Origin: Vicugna vicugna
Taxonomy: Eukaryota
Length of the DNA: 64,000 nucleotides
NCBI GenBank assembly: GCA_013265495.1
Contig: MU058781.1
Location: 9,963,009 to 10,027,008 of the forward strand
Direction of reading: 5' to 3'
Shown here: piece after piece, positions 39,341 to 55,300 of the stretch
Position numbering within the stretch: the stretch's first letter is position 1
How the letters are laid out: each line of letters starts with the position of its first letter
Notes under the pieces: generated by a model
Databases searched by the model: none
Seen by the model: the letters and a program-made list of their open reading frames with translations, nothing else
What the model was told of the DNA's origin: nothing
Program-made: the position numbers and the translations under genes

Positions 39341-42300
39341 TATCCCTTGGCTGCGGGACTTCCGCACTGGTGCTGAGTTTATCCCCACTCCCAGCAGATC
39401 CCATGGATTTCAGAAATCCCTGAGGCTTCAAAGGTTCAGCTAAGTGGACACTGATGAAATGTAGAGATGACAAAATACAGAGCTAGCTCACCTCCTGTAA
39501 CTTTTAAAGAAAGGAGGATGAGGGGGTGGATTTTCTATCCGTGGTGGGGCAAGGGATTTATTTTCTATATAATTATGTCTGCTAGAACATTTTAAAAAGA
39601 AAAGCCTTGACCCCAAATACCAGCCTTGTACAAACACTTCTGTTGTACAAACCTGGAGGCAGCTAGTATTTTCTAATGAAGACAAAAGCACATAGAAAAC
39701 AGTTACATTTATTTTAAATCATAGTTTACACCAAAGTAATTGAATTTAGAACTAATTAAACAAGAAAACATCAATTAGATATCTATTCTCTCTCTTGTAC
39801 AATTACTTAGTTTTATTGCCCGTGTGTCATAATTGTTGCCAAACAGCTTTTAAATCCGATCATTAGTTTTCCAGAAAAGGAAACTGTGAAACGTTGTATG
39901 CTGTGGAATCGAGGTGTTTTGATAGGTATGTTGCTGCTGCTGAGATTAGGTCCTTTTTACAAATGGGTGTTCTTGGTACATGTGATTTTGTTAGAAATAT
40001 TTCAGCTTGTGGAGATCTAGTTGCTGAAAATTAATAATTGTAGTTGCCCAGGAGTACTCTTTATAAAACAGTCAAATCTAAACCTAACCAAGTCACCATC
40101 AACACCACTTACTGCTCTCCTCACTGAGCAAAAGAGAGACTGTACCTTTAAGAATAAGTTGGTTTCAAGGGTAAAAGATGCCAAGATCGTGCTTTGTAAT
40201 TGCATCACTGAGCATGCAGGTATAAAAGGAAGGGGGTGTCTGTGAAAGGGGTGTCTTAACTCTTGAAATGCATTTAACTTGTGCTCAACCTTCCTCTATT
40301 CTCCTCTCTTTGGAATTAGTTATCATGAGGTGATAAATTTAGTTGAAGAACACTGTTTAAAAAATACCTGGTATTTCCAGGTAACAAGAACCTTTATGCT
40401 GTTTCATTCAAAAGTTGTGCTGGGTATGATTCCATATGTAATTCCATGTGTAGTATAGAATTCGGCAGGCAGATGACTTCTCTTCATTCTTCAGTGTCCT
40501 TATACACGGCTAGTCTCCTTTTGATACATCTATTCCTCTACTTAGCCTAATAATAATATCCTGATCCCATCCATAATGTAATTCTACATCACACTTGTTA
40601 GTACATCATTAAACTTTATACCCATTGTCTGAACTTTCATACTCATAATCTCGTTAATACATATAACAATCCTGGGGGAAATTCTAAATATTACTTTAAA
40701 TATCCTAAGATCATGTAACAGAGGCTCAGAGAGATGGTATTTATTCTCAGCCTTATAAGGCTGGTAAGCAAGTGAAGGATGCCAGAATTCTGTTACATCT
40801 CCTACCACTCTTCCCCAAAGCCTGCCCTGATAACCACACTCCCGTTGATTTCTCCTGGATTTCCTTCAGTATTTATGTAAGTTCATGATTCTTAACATGA
40901 CTTAGCACTTGAAGACTAGCTTGCATTTCTCTGTAATGAAGTCTTTATATTTTAAAGTCTTCAAAGATAAGTATCTTTTGTGCCAGCCCTTAGGCCCACA
41001 CTGTGAATCAGTGGGCAAGGGGTGGAGGTACAAAAATGACACTCCTTTGCCAAGTAGAATATCTATTACCTTCTGCAAATCTAGATTCTTCTCTGCTAGA
41101 TTTTCTTCCCTCTATTTCCCTACTTTTGGTTTCCATTTTTTGATAGGTTTTTGGTTGTTTGCTTTAACCCTCAGATCCATACCTGTTAACCTGCAGTGAT
41201 TCAGCTACCCACCAGTTTTTGATATTTGGCTTATACTTACGTGGTCCATTTGCCTAAGATCACTCTCAACTTAAACAGCTGGCTTTAAGGTTTGGTTATA
41301 CCTTCGGACTGAGCCCATGGGACAACTAGCTACCCTTTCTGGACATGCATTGTAGGTGTCAGTTAACTGGTAAAGTTGTAGATATTTGTGAAACAGATAA
41401 GCATTCAAAGAAAATGGCTTGACAGAAGAGCTGAAAGAACTTGTTTAAAATTAACAAAGCGTATCATATTTGTTTTGCTTTGTTGGGAGAAGGTAACTTC
41501 TTTTGCTGAGAACAGGTCTCTACCACCCAGAGATAAAGTGGCTGATCCAACCCAGCAAACCAGAAACAGATTTGAATTGTATTGAAATGGGTTAATGGTG
41601 CTAATGCCCCATTGGTCACTGTTGGTTACACTAGGGAAAAAAAAGAAAAAAAAAACTTTGTTGTTAATTACATGATTGATATTGAAAGGTCTTTGTCATA
41701 ATAGCCAAGAGCAGTATTATGATAAATTTGGCTAGGTTTCAGAGTGCCAGCTTACAGCTAGCTAACAGGACTCAAAAACTATGTAGACAATTGTGTAACA
41801 ACTGCAGTTACATGGAAACTCCCATAAATATCAGTTAAGGAGGAAAGTCTATTCTTAAAATAGTCTCTCAGCTGAGATGATGCTTTTTTAGTCTGTAGCC
41901 CTCAGAAAGGTCTAGTTACCAACAAGATATTTGATATGAGCAGACCTCTACCAAATTCTTAAGCCCAGCTTTCCCCTCTGTAAGTAGATACTGAGAGCAT
42001 TTGACATACTTTCCGTTTATAACCATACAGTGTTATCTCTCACAACATTCAAGAATCACCAGAAGGGTAAAGGCTATGCCTAGCATCCTGTGTATAGGAG
42101 GAGATTTTGACATGGCTGGTTTGACATGGTCATGATGCTGCTATACACATTTTGTGTCCTAACCCCCCAAGTACTACATGTTTAGGGTACTGGTTCCCAA
42201 GGGATGTGCACTCTAGACATGCCATCAACATTGTTGACTCTATCCATTTGTCTCCACTCTGGTCTTGAATCCCCTTGCAGGGTTCCAGTGTTAGATATCA

Positions 42301-42699
42301 AGGAGATCAGAAAAGGGGTGAAACCACTGGCCCAGGCATCTCATCACTGCCTCCGGAGGCAAGAGTGGAGTTTTCTGTATGAGCAGATTAGTGGTCCCAA
42401 GGGATACTGCAGGTTTGCACTAGTCTGTTACTAGTTTCACCGAAATGTGTGCTAATTGTGTCACTGCATTTTCTTGTCACGCTGTCCCATCTGCCCCTTT
42501 CTGGGACACCAGGCTCACAGTCAAACAATGCCAGTTTCACGGCCCAGGTGCCCTAGCGATCGATTTGCACAGGACCACTGTCAGCACAACCGCCACCTGG
42601 GACACCCAAGCTCTCCCCTCTTATCTTTCTAGAAACCCTGGCATGAATGGTTGGTCCAAACAGGCTTCAGGTCTCAGAGATAATGCACTCTTCACTCTT

Positions 42700-43449
<750 letters not shown>

Positions 43450-44650
43450 TCACCAAAGTTTCAAGAAGAACCCCTGCCCGGTTCCTGCTGTGGCCTGGCT
43501 GTTAACTGGGGAAACTGACCATTGTCTGCAAACTGGGACAGCCTCCCCCCCCCCCCCCCCCCGCACTCTCCTCACCCACTTTCCCACTGCACGCCTGGCC
43601 CTGGGGGATCGACCCGGAAGGGGCAGGCCACCAGGCCCTCACCCTGTGCGCCCACACCCCTGGGCTCTGAGTCAGGGCCTCTGCTTCCTGGGATGAGATG
43701 AGACCACCATGACCCTTCCCTGCCCAGAACTGCTTCCCGAGGCTTCTGTTGGGGCCTGGACCATCTGTTTCCACTTCCGGACATCCCTCTGTCCCTCCCC
43801 CCAGGCATTCTGGAGCTGTGCATTGGACTCAGGGGTAGGAGTTTTGGAAGGGGTGGAAGATAAGGAGCAGGGGACACTTACAGGGGCCTGGAGGGGGCAA
43901 CCCTAAACTGTCGTTGGTGGGGGTGGGGCACGGGAGAGTGGCATCTTCCTGAGCTCTTGTCCACTCCTCCCAGACCTACTGTATCAGCGGCCTAGATTCT
44001 GAGAAAGTGGGACAGTTCATGGGGAAGGGCCTCCCTTTTGCTGACCCAGGGAGTTCATGGAGCTGTAGTTTTTCATCACATAATTTGGGCATTTCCAATT
44101 TGTTTGTGAGGTTGTAAGCTCAGCTTTGCCTGTCTTTTAGGATTGGGTCGTTGAGGGGCGTCTGTCCCCATTTAGATCTTTAGAGCCACCTGGGATGTTC
44201 TGGGAAGACCCGTGGCCACCCCTTTCCCTCTTCCCACAGCCTCCAGGTCACCCTGAGGTCGTAAGCTTCCACTCCTGGCCCTTCCGTGCTTCCTTCATTT
44301 CTGAGATGAACTAGGAAGTTCTTTTACTATTTGGGGTTTGATGGCTTAGTAGAAGAGTTAAGGCGTTGGTGTTTCTTTGCAGTGTCATTTCCCATCCGAT
44401 TCCCCAGCCTGCTCCCCACAGTATTGTCACCGGACCTGACATGTAACGGACTGAGAAGACAGAGGGAAATAAGTGGCCCCTCCCCACCCCTTCCTAGTGG
44501 TCTCTCTCTGCCTTTTTCATCTTTTGTGTCTTCCACCCCACCTTTCTCCCTTGGGCTCTGATGAAAAATGATTGACTGTAGCTTTGGAAGTTTAGGTCTG
44601 AATTCTTTCAGTTCTAGGAAATAAAACCCATTGAATACTTTAAACAAATC
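43450..44650 (+). other. HDGF-derived 3'UTR of the retrogene, with polyadenylation signal AATAAA at 44620-44625
   Basis: Sequence after the stop (caccaaagtttcaagaagaacccc...actggggaaactgaccatt...gcaaactggga) resembles the HDGF mRNA 3'UTR as I recall it. The GC-rich composition ends just after AATAAA. Confidence 0.75.
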
Positions 44651-45669
44651 TCAGGTCTGTTCCTTTGGTTTCTGAAGAATTGACTCTTACGTGTAATGCT
44701 CCTGTTTTCTGTACATCCTGTGTTAAAAAGCAATTCTCTGTAATGTGCCAGGATATTTAGAATTGCTTTTGATAAACCTTTGTTATCTTAAGGAGTCTGC
44801 TCTTCATTTATAGTCATCACTGCTGCTGATCAGAATGAATAGGAATAAGTCAACTTAAAATGTTCAAATACTGACACCTGGCATGGTCGCTGAGTTTCTG
44901 ATTATCTGCATGCTTTGCCAGACAACAGGTTTGGAGAAAAATAAGGGCGAGAGGATTGGTTCTTCTTTTGTTGCCGCTAACCCAAATCTTGTCACTATTT
45001 CCTCCAACACCTTTTACAAGAAGAAAAGGGAGTTGCTTTCTATTTCCAGTTCTTAAAATTGGTATCTACAGAATATTTTGTGTCTTTTCAGTGCTTGGTG
45101 CAAGTATCTGGGGCTATTTGGGTCCACTTAATGATAATTGCATGCTGGGTTTCAGTTTCTGTATTCATCCAACACTGTATGCATGCAGAGATGTAGTAAA
45201 TACTGAGTCCTCCTTACAGAACATGCCAGACCATCACTAACCAGTAGGGCTGGCGACTGAAGACAACCCTATTTTTCCATCCCTGTGTAAGATAGTATTA
45301 TTTTATTCCAAGGCATATAAATCAGATGATTCCTTGCTTTTCAACTACTGCTATTGCAATCATATTACTACTAGGAGTTACTGTTGAATGAATGTGTACC
45401 GTGCACACGGAAGAATGGCTTTGTTCAGTCGTTGTAATAATCCAGCAAGGGAGGCGTTCGTCACACTTCCCCCTTAGAAACAGCTCTGGTTCAGAGAGGT
45501 TAAGTGGCTTTTCTTGCACTTTACAGAACACGCAGAATTCAAATACAAATTTTGCTGATCCAAGTCTACTCTGTGTCCCCTGAATTGCACATTCAGAAAA
45601 GCACTAACCATGAAACCAGAAGTTTTAAAAAAATGTTATTTTAGTAGTAATAACAGGTAATCAGGAGAG

Positions 45670-45900
45670 TAACAAATATTGAGTCTCTAAAGTGAGCCAG
45701 GCCATATACTATGTTCTACACTTGAAGTCTTTATTAATACAACTGCCCTATTAAGTACCTACTATGATCTCTATTTCAAAGCTGAGGAAACTGAAGTTCA
45801 GAGTTGTTAAGTAATTTTCCCAAGGTCAGGCAGCTAGAAGTTGAACCAAATTCAAAGGTGCACATCTTTCTCATTCTGAATCATAGGTGCTATGTTTTAT
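45670..45900 (-). mobile_element. MIR
   Basis: gctgaggaaactgaagttcagagttgttaagtaattttcccaaggtcaggcagctag, the MIR core. Confidence 0.8.
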
Positions 45901-48529
45901 TCTATTTTACTGTTTCCTATTGTTTAGAACTTCCTACTGAATAAAATGAGAGTCCTTACTCTCCTCTCCTAGTTTGACGTGAACATTGAGAAATTTGTAT
46001 GGCAAAGAATATGTTAGCTAACATTGCTTGTGGGTGTGTAAAAATAAATTAATAATAAAAAACATTTGGGGCACCTGACAGTTGTTAGAATTGTTCTGTC
46101 GTAAATGACTTTGTGAAATGATGAGGACAATGGCACCTTCAGTGTGTTTCAAGAAGTTTGTGACTATAGGAAGTCTGAATGTGGATTGGTATGTTTGCCA
46201 CAGGCAGGCCTGTGATTTTGATAAGGTTTTCTTTATGGAGGTACGTCTTCTGAAATGATTCAATAACCTGAAAGATAGAAAATGAAATTATTACCATTTG
46301 AGTTCTTCTCTTTGTATTATTTCTTCCTTCCTCTTTTTGTTTCTAATCTTAAAGATAGAAAAAGTTGGGGTTTATTAGAGAGCATCGCACACATGTGCTT
46401 TCTTGGTGACTATAATATGGTAGTGAAAGTGGTGATCTGGCTAATAGTACACCTACAGAACGAGTCACAGAGTTAGTGAACACAACTAAAACCCAGTAAA
46501 CAAAGGGAAACTTGAGAAATCAGTGTTCTCAGCCCTCTTTGGGCAGTAGACTCTGTATGTATGCTCTGGTGGCCAAAAGATGTTTTGAGTGGACTGAAAA
46601 GATGCTGTTTGCTGAAGAATTTCTTTGATTTAAAAATTCCCCGTAATTCCAGTGCCATTTTTTGTTTTCTTCTGAACAATATGTCTCAGCGACAAAATTA
46701 CTAATCAAGAATTAGTTACTTTACTGAGCAAAGAGCACCGCCTGGCCTCTTGCACATGCTGTGCTGTGTTGGGGGGATCCAGCTGTGTTCATGAGGGTTC
46801 TGAAGATCGTGTTTAAGCATTGCATGTAAATGTGTGTCACACTGTCGGTGCATGACCTGCAGACACATTTAGCGCATTGGTTTCTGTAAGGCTGTCCCAA
46901 GTAGTTGATATTTCACACAAACATCACTGGTCATGTCACTTTGTCAAGGGACTGAGATGCCAGTGAGGCTTGTAAGTTTTGTTTCTTTCTTCCAACTCTC
47001 ACCCGCTCTACAAATTATCACTCGTGGTGCAGATTCTTCCGGTTCATACCTCCCTTTTATGTTTCCTGAAAATGTAGTAGTCAGGGCCTAGGGCATCTTC
47101 ACTTGACTTTCAACACTCTTGTCAAAGAAAAGCTTCTGCCGCACGTGCTAAGCACACATGCTGCTCCTTGTGTTTAGACAGAGCTGCCTCCCCCTCTGAG
47201 CCTGGCCAGCAAGGTAGGAGCCACCTTCCGTGTTTCTGTAGCACTTTATGCTCATACTGATCGTATTCTGCTTATTCCCAAAACACGCCGTAATAAGCTC
47301 ACAATAGATATTTCCTAAAAGCGTGAAAGTCTGCTGTCAAATACTCCTTATAATCATGGTGATGGAGTAAAAGTCATATGTGAGGTTGAATACATTCTAA
47401 CTCTGAAAACTGGGAGGCAGTGTAAACTGGCCCATAGACTAAGGACATGTGCAGGTTGGTGTGATTTTGTGTCCACGTAAGTAGCTTCCTACATCAGTTG
47501 ACTTGAAGAGCATCGACAATTCTCAGAGAGCCAGAGAAATCACTTTCTGATGCCAAAGTAATGCTGTTTATTTTATTCAGGTTTTCCCAATATTTGAGTC
47601 ATCTGTTAAACCATGTAAAATGGAGCATCATTTTCACAATGCCTCAGCCCTCAGGTAGGCAGGAGAACTCTCTGGTTGATGTCTTCTTCAGACAGGAGTC
47701 ACGGATCAACCATTTGGCCCCAGATTTACAGCAATTAAGTATAAGTATGCCAAGGAGAACTTGGATCTGTCCTTCTGTCTCTTACGGTGTCGACAACTCA
47801 CTTGTTGTAGACATCTCTAAGAATTTAATATACTTAAAGGAATGGGATCTATTCACCACACAATATGGCCCCATTCTCACAAGCCAGCTCTTTGGCTTAC
47901 ATATAAATGCTTCTCTTTCCTACGCCTGGTGGAAAGATTGACCATGTTAGGCTTTGAGATCGCTAAAATAGAGACCTCTCAAGGGGTTTTCTAGAGTAAC
48001 TGACCTCAGACAGCTTTCTCTTTGCAGTCTGATTTTACACGTAAACTTCAGCATCACTGAATTGGTCTTGAGAATGCCAGAGGATACACGGGAGAGGTCA
48101 TGGTGAAAGGCTCCAGATGGCCAGGGGCTGCCTGGGGCCTATGTTGATCAAGGGCAGTGCTAGTCACAGTGTGGCCAAGTCTTTGGTGTGGGGTCCAGAG
48201 AGTACCAGACTCCACCCACTTCCTGTCCTGGGGTGTGGTCAGTGCCCGAGGACTGTGGGTCATTGGGGAGCACTGTTTTCTTCCTTGTTTTTAATTACTT
48301 TGATTTAATCACAATCAGGCACAAGTTCGTTTTTCTACCCAGGAAGCTGACAGCTCTATTCCCTTCTTCCCTGATGACCTTCCCCTAAATTACTGCTTCA
48401 GAATTAAGCATCAGTCCACTGTGTTCTAGTAAGACCCCAGCTTTCCTTACTCCATTTCTATCTCCTCTACTCTCTTATCCACATCTCTTCCATCTCTCTC
48501 CAGTCCCTTTACTGGTCTGTATCAACCAA

Positions 48530-48660
48530 TAGATTGTACTGCCTATGCAGCTAGGAACTATGATCATTTTGCTTATTCTAAGAACCTAGCAAGGCACCTG
48601 GTTCACATCAGGCATTTAATAAATGGTGGCTAATAAGGAAATAAATAAATGAATGACTAA
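48530..48660 (+). mobile_element. L2 tail
   Basis: cctagcaaggcacctggttcacatcaggcatttaataaatgg...aaatgaatga. Confidence 0.6.
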
Positions 48661-49049
48661 ATCCTTTTGTTCTTCTTCACCCTCATCTCTCCTAGGGATG
48701 AGGAGCCCTCCTAGGAAAACTCAGGGAATTTTGTCATGCCTAATAAAACACAGTAAGAGGAGCCTGAGGATTTTTTTTAATGGTGTATATCATTGATAAA
48801 ATAAGGTTATTTTGTGTGTGTGTATGTATGTATGTATGTAGATGTTGGTTTCATAAAATGACAAACTTTCACAAGACTGAAGCCCGAGAAGGATAAATCA
48901 AATTATCCAGTGTGACCATCTGAGTCAGTGTGAGTAAGCATGTTGAACACAATAAATCCAGCTCCTTATGTTCTATTTTCTCTTTAATAACTTGACTCTT
49001 CATGATCAACTTCCTTTAGTGTAGAAAACCCCTTGATGGCATCTAAATT

Positions 49050-49225
49050 GGGAGCCACCCAGACTTAGATTCAATTTCTGGCTCCACTATTTGAGAACCA
49101 TGTGATCTCAGTTTCCCTCAGTTAAAAGTTGTGATAATGATTTTGATATGACAGGTTTGTTGTGTGAAGCAAAATAGCTCATATATGTTAAGATGTCAAA
49201 CAGTACTCAGCACAAAAGTGGCATG
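49050..49225 (+). mobile_element. MIR
   Basis: cagacttagattcaatttctggctccactattt...tctcagtttccctcagttaaaag. Confidence 0.6.
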
Positions 49226-51418
49226 CTATACACAGAAATTCACTTCCCTTCCATGTAGTCCAGAGAACTAACCATCCAATTTGAAATAATTAGTGCTCAA
49301 CTTATCACTTCTATTTAGGAAATGCTGGAGGCCTCTGTCTGATGTTACCACTCCTTCCTGTTTTGCGTGCATGATTCCACTGCTTCCCAATATTAAGGTG
49401 GCAGAATAAGTTTTATTTTATCCTTTGGTTCTTGCAATACTCCATCTGGTGACCCTCCACCATCCTTAATAGTCTCAGCAGAGTTCTATGGAGGGCGTCT
49501 ATCTGGGAATTTATGCTACAAATATACTCTTGTGTGTGGAAAATTGCATATATGCAAGATTTTTTCATTACAGTGCTGTGATAGCAAAAGTTTGGAATTA
49601 ACTTCAAGGTTCATGGGTGTATGTATGTATTTGCAGTGAGTTTGACCATGTATTGGAATAGTATGCAGCCCTGAAAAGTGAAGAAGCATCTCAGGTTCTG
49701 ATTAGAAGCTTATCTAAGGGACAGTATTACTGTTAAAAAAGGGGGGGGGGCAGGTGACAGAAGTATATGACTTTCATTTAATTTTCCCTAAGAGCTAGAT
49801 ACCTTCAAGTCTTTCATGAAGAGATTATCTCCTCAGTGAAAAGATAAGAAAATACAAATCAGAATAGAAGTATGGCTTCCATAATTTGAACTTATTTTAT
49901 AGGTACTCCTTAGTAAATTAAATTTGCTTGTTGATTTTGGATGCGTTACAACCCACTTATTGGTAGTGGTTGCACAATGTTGATCATATATTGACTATAG
50001 TAAACACCATAACTCCTGAATTGCCGATTTTCACAGTGGTATTTCCTTTGTGATGATAGGTGGCTCTTCTCTATGAATACAGAAAATGGTCCACTCAGGA
50101 AAAAAAAAAGTAGCAGCTTCCCTGTCGTGATACTCTATGTTTACTCTGTCCGTACATGGAGAGAAACTGAAATCTTATCCTCCCATTTCCTCATATTGCA
50201 CTTTAAATCATGTCTTTAAATTCCCTGACTGTTGGCTGAGTTATTTTATGCAAGCATATCCAATTTTAAATATTTCTCTTTTGGGGCCTGACTCATCCCT
50301 CCTGTGGCCAGTTTGATGGCTCCTGTTATTTCCCTAGAATTCACTCACCGTTTTCCAGTGGGTATTTCTTAAGTGCATCTCCTCCAGTACTGTATAGTCC
50401 TGCTGTTTTTCATCTGCAGATACAGTCATTGTATTGCTGCGCTTATGTCTCTGCTCCCTTGTCTTTTTTGCCAGAGTATCTATCTCTTCACACATAATTT
50501 TAATGAGCTTCCCAATTCGATTACTAAAAGACATTGGAGTGTTACGAGGGATTGACCATTCTTTCCAGAAACTCTCTCAGGTTTCATGTCCCCTGTGATT
50601 TACCAAGTGTCACTTAATTTTGCGTTTGCATCTTTTTCCTCCCTGCACCCTGGCCAACTCTTTAGTGCAGTTATTATCCACCTCTCTGGGTAATCTACTT
50701 AACACTTTATTAGAAACTATGTTCAGCTCAGCTACATTCTCACCACTTGTCACTTGTCAACAAGACCTGCTTTTTCCCTTCCACTTGTGATTCTTCTGAT
50801 AGTCAGAAAGTGTCCATCATTCGTTTTGCCCTCGGTGCGGCTACTTCACATACCTCTCCATGGCCACCTGTGTATTTCCGCCTGTGCTTACCATCAACTT
50901 GTATTCTTTTCTTTTTGTCCTTGTTTTCACCCTGAGAGGTCAGGGCGAAAGCACTGATTTCAGTCAGTGGATACTTTGATGACTACACCTCAGACAGCCT
51001 TTAAAACAAAGCCAAAATAGAAAAAGATAAGCATCACCCTTCCAGGTACGAGAGTCACTTTTTTTTTTCTTGTAAAAATTAAAATCAGCTGAATAATACA
51101 CAATGAAATAGCAGCTTTGCTTTCACAGTTTTGGGTTTGTTAGAGGGAGAAACTGTCTTTGGGCTGTGGAGACACTGGGGACAGAGCAGCAAGTGAGACA
51201 GACAAGCTATCCACCCGGAGGAAGCTTCTGTTCTGCGGGAAAAACAGACAAATAAACCAGGAGTAAATACAATGATGATTTCAGGATGCGATAATATCAG
51301 ACATGATCAGAGAATGACTAGGTGAGGAACATATGTTTTCAACTATGTTAAATTTAAACTTGAGATATTGTAAGGCTCTTAGGAATCTAAGATGGCCCAT
51401 TTCAAATTAAACCCTTTT

Positions 51419-52318
51419 TAAAATTGAAGTGTAGTTGATTTACAATGTTGTGTGAGTTTCTGGTGTATAGCATAGTGATTCAGTTATACACACACACGTA
51501 TATATATGTTCTTTTTCATATTCTTTTCCATTATGGTTTATAACAGGATATTGAATATATCTCCTTGTGATTTAGCATAGGACCTTGTTGTTTATTTTAG
51601 ATATGGTAGTTTGTATCTGCTAATCCCAAACTCCTAATTTATTCTCCTCCCCACTTCCCCCTTTGGTAACCGTAAGTTTGTTTTCTATGTCTGTGAGTCT
51701 GTGTTTTGTAAGTAAGTTCATTTGTATCATACTTTAGATTCCATATATAAGTGATATCATATGCTATTTGTCTTTCTCTGACTTCACTTAGTATGATAAT
51801 GTCTAGGTCCATCCTTGTTGCTGCAAATGGCATTATTTCATTATTTTTATGGCTGAGTAATATTCCATTGTACATATATACCACATCTTCTTTATCTAGT
51901 CATCTGTCAATGGACATTTAGTTTACTTCCATGTCTTGGCTATTGTAAATAGTGCTGCTTTGAACATTGGTGTGCATGTATCTTTTTGAATTAGAGTTTT
52001 CTCTGGATATGTGCCCAGGAATGGGATTGCTACATCATATGGGAACTCAATTTTTAATTTTTTAAAGGAACCTCCATACTGCTTTCTATAGTGGCTGCAC
52101 TAATTTATATTCCTACCAGCAAAGTAGGATGGTTCCCTTTTTTCCACACCCTCTCCAACATTTATTATTTGTAGACTTTTTAATGATGGCCATTCTGACT
52201 GATGTGAGGTGATACCTCATTGTAGTTTTGATCTGCATTTCTCTAATAATTAGTGATGTTGAGCATCTTTCCATGTGCCTGTTGGCCATCTGTATGTTTT
52301 CTTTGGAGAAATGTCTAT
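51419..52318 (-). mobile_element. 5'-truncated young L1 (ORF2 end + 3'UTR)
   Basis: Reverse complement of the same L1 3' region as 2999-3932. TSD ttaaaccctttt at 51407-18 and 52323-34. Confidence 0.95.
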
Positions 52319-55300
52319 CAGTTTAAACCCTTTTAACAGAACAAAATATTTCTATCCTACTGTGAATTCACAGCACCATCGGCTATACATACAAATGATT
52401 CAGTCTTTCTAATGCATAGAAAAAGATCCCAGAGACTTCCAGGCAGTAAACATTCTATGTGTGTTCAGTAACAACAAAAACAAAATAGCATCCATGTATT
52501 GAGCGCTTACCATGTGTCAGGGCTTGAGATACATCATGAGGCCATGTCACCAAAGCACCTGGCTTCTTGATGCTTCCGTCTGAGCAGGTTGAGAAAGGCA
52601 GTTAAGACTATACTTAACAAGTAAAGAAGTTACATTGTATATTAAAAGGTTATAATGTCACTGGGAAAACCGGAGCAAGGGAAGAAGGGCGGCACAAAGG
52701 AAGCTGTGTGGCATTAGGTAGGGCAGTGAGGGTGGCGGCCAAGTTTACGTGTGCACCTGGGGCTCTCACTGTCCTTGCCCCCGCCTTTTGTCACATCAGA
52801 GTGTAAGTGAATAGTGGCATCCTTATAAAGATGACCTTGAATGATATGAAAATGTAAATACTCCACAAACTCAAATATTCATGATTTATGATAAATTACT
52901 AGTGGCACATCTCACAGCAGAGAAGACACACAAACCCCATCGTACTTGAAATGGTTGCTCAGTTGCACTTTTTGCACATTTATCAAACACGTCCCTGTAG
53001 CATCTTTTGCCCTGCAGTGTAGACCAAGGTTTTATCTTTGTATCATTTAACATTTTATATGCTTTTTTTCCTCCTTAAATAGAAAATACTCAATCACAAG
53101 GACCATGAAGTTTTCCATATCTTCTGCAGTACCTAGTAGAGTGCTTCATAGAGACTCATTTTTTCAACTAATTTAAAGTAGCGGAGTCCAATGTGGGTAG
53201 ATGTTAATAGCACACCTCAGTGTCAGGAGAGTTTTGTGCACACGAGAGGTAAATTTCATGTGAGCTACCAGCTGTGGTAGGGGTTAGAGGCCGGCGTAAC
53301 CTGATGGAGGATTTGTGAGGCACCTTGTGGTTGCATGCCCGTAGATGAAGGTTTGCAGGGTAGGGATATTCACCAGAACAGTTCCCCACGCCAGTCTTTA
53401 CCAGCTAATCTCCCTGAGTGATTCACACTGGCGTGTGCATAGGCGAGGAGGGGAGTATGTTTGCAGGTGTGGAATATTTTAGAGACAAATTTCTACTGTA
53501 ACTCTTAAGGTCCAAGTTTTATTTAGATTGTATCAGAAAGAGGTTGAATTTATTGATAGTCTTAAGTCATTTTAGGTTTTGAAAACCTTTTCCTTTTTAA
53601 AAAATCTCTATCTCTCTCGTCCAGATTCTGAATTGTTTCCTGGAGGGAGCAGAGTTTGGAGTTGATATAATAGCTATAAATCAAATATGTTTCAGGGGTT
53701 CTGTTTTCTATTCAGTCTCCCAAGGAGAAGCCTTGTTTTTGTTTTGTTTTCCTGGTTTGAAGTGCCAGTGTTTTAGATGAGCAGTATAAGCCTGGATTGG
53801 GTGATGGTGCAGAACGTATCAAGAGATGGTTTACGAGAAGTTAAAAGCCCCCTTTCACACTATAGAGAAAACCAGTAGTTTTGCTATTTCCACTTGATTG
53901 ACATTCTTAACAGCTGCTCACCCAGTAGCAGGCATTGCCTTTAGGTCTGAATGTCAGACCTTGGAAAAAATCCACAGTAAGTTTCCCTTGGTGAGGCAGA
54001 AAAAGGCTGGTGGGCCACATCGATTAACGAGGTAGCTGAGCATCCACCTTCTCGTATTTCTGGTGACTGTTATGCGAAATGGGTTCTCTAACTATATTTT
54101 AATCATGTTGCTTGCTATATGTATTTGAATGCCAAGCAGATGTCATTTAATGCAGGTATTCTGTAATATTTCTGACTTTGTCGGTTAAAAAGAGTCGGAG
54201 AACAGTGAAAGTGGTATTTTACATCCCAAGTGCTAAGTGTGGAACGAACACACCAAAACCAAAACCCAGTCTACTTTCTCCTATCTCCACTTCCCTGAGA
54301 GGTCGCTTCCCTGCCTCCTCCAGAAAATATCACTGTATCGACTCTCAGAAACAAACATTCCACCATGCAGAAGAACAGTCCTCTGGCCCCTTGGCTGTGC
54401 TCACCCTAGAAACTGCTTAAAGAGACTCTCTCCACACTGAATATAAATAAAAACAAACACATTAAAAATGGTGGACACCGATAGCCCCCAAACCTTCACA
54501 CTGACACCGTTGCCATGTGTGTTATTAGAGAGAGTCAAAGAGAACCTTCTTTCACAGCAACTGCACATTTGATCTCTTTTCCTGCCCTGGCAGGACCAGG
54601 ATGGATACCGTATATTTATCAAATCTGAAAAACAGACAAACCAACCCTGAGCCACAGATGGTTAATGGCAAGGTGCCTCATGCTACGCTCGAAGGGCTGT
54701 TTGTGATGTTCAGATAAATAGATGCCCCCAAGAATTATATTGCAAAAATAATTAGCATAGCATTTATCTTCAGGGCTGCTCTTTCTGCACTTTCCCTCTC
54801 TGGCTCCGGAGAACAGATGATGGCATATTGCTACTGCTGCCACCACCTCCCTCCAATAATGGCCATTATTCAGAGTGGGGCGCTTGAGGTCACTGGTGTG
54901 GTCCTTGTACTCAGGACCCTGCTGTTCATCCTGTATCGTCCCCTAGATTGTGAGCTACAGCAGATGGATTAGAAAACCAGTTTATTCTTTGTAGATGAGA
55001 TGTAGATTTGACCTTGCGTTGTCCTTCTGTGTCTTCTATGATCTTGTCAACCTGAGACACAAGACTTTCAAGCAGCCTTGTTAAAAAAAAAAAACAAAAA
55101 AAACTCTCCAACTGTGCTTTGGTTTTGAGTTTTAATCGTTGTATTCCAATCATTTGTTGGTTTTGCTGTAAAGATGCCTGGGGCACCCAGCTGCAACTGA
55201 GAGGGCAGGCCTGTCACTGTTAGTAATTAGAAAGAGCCTGCTAGTGATTCAGGGTAGCTCAGAATTCATACATTTCTTTTTCTTTCTTCTTTTTTTTTTT

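Noticed and set aside
41230..42350. Possible ERVL/MaLR internal relic upstream of HDGFL1 acting as promoter donor
   Set aside because: Only one short suggestive motif (ggtactggttcccaaggg). Cannot be supported without a Dfam search.
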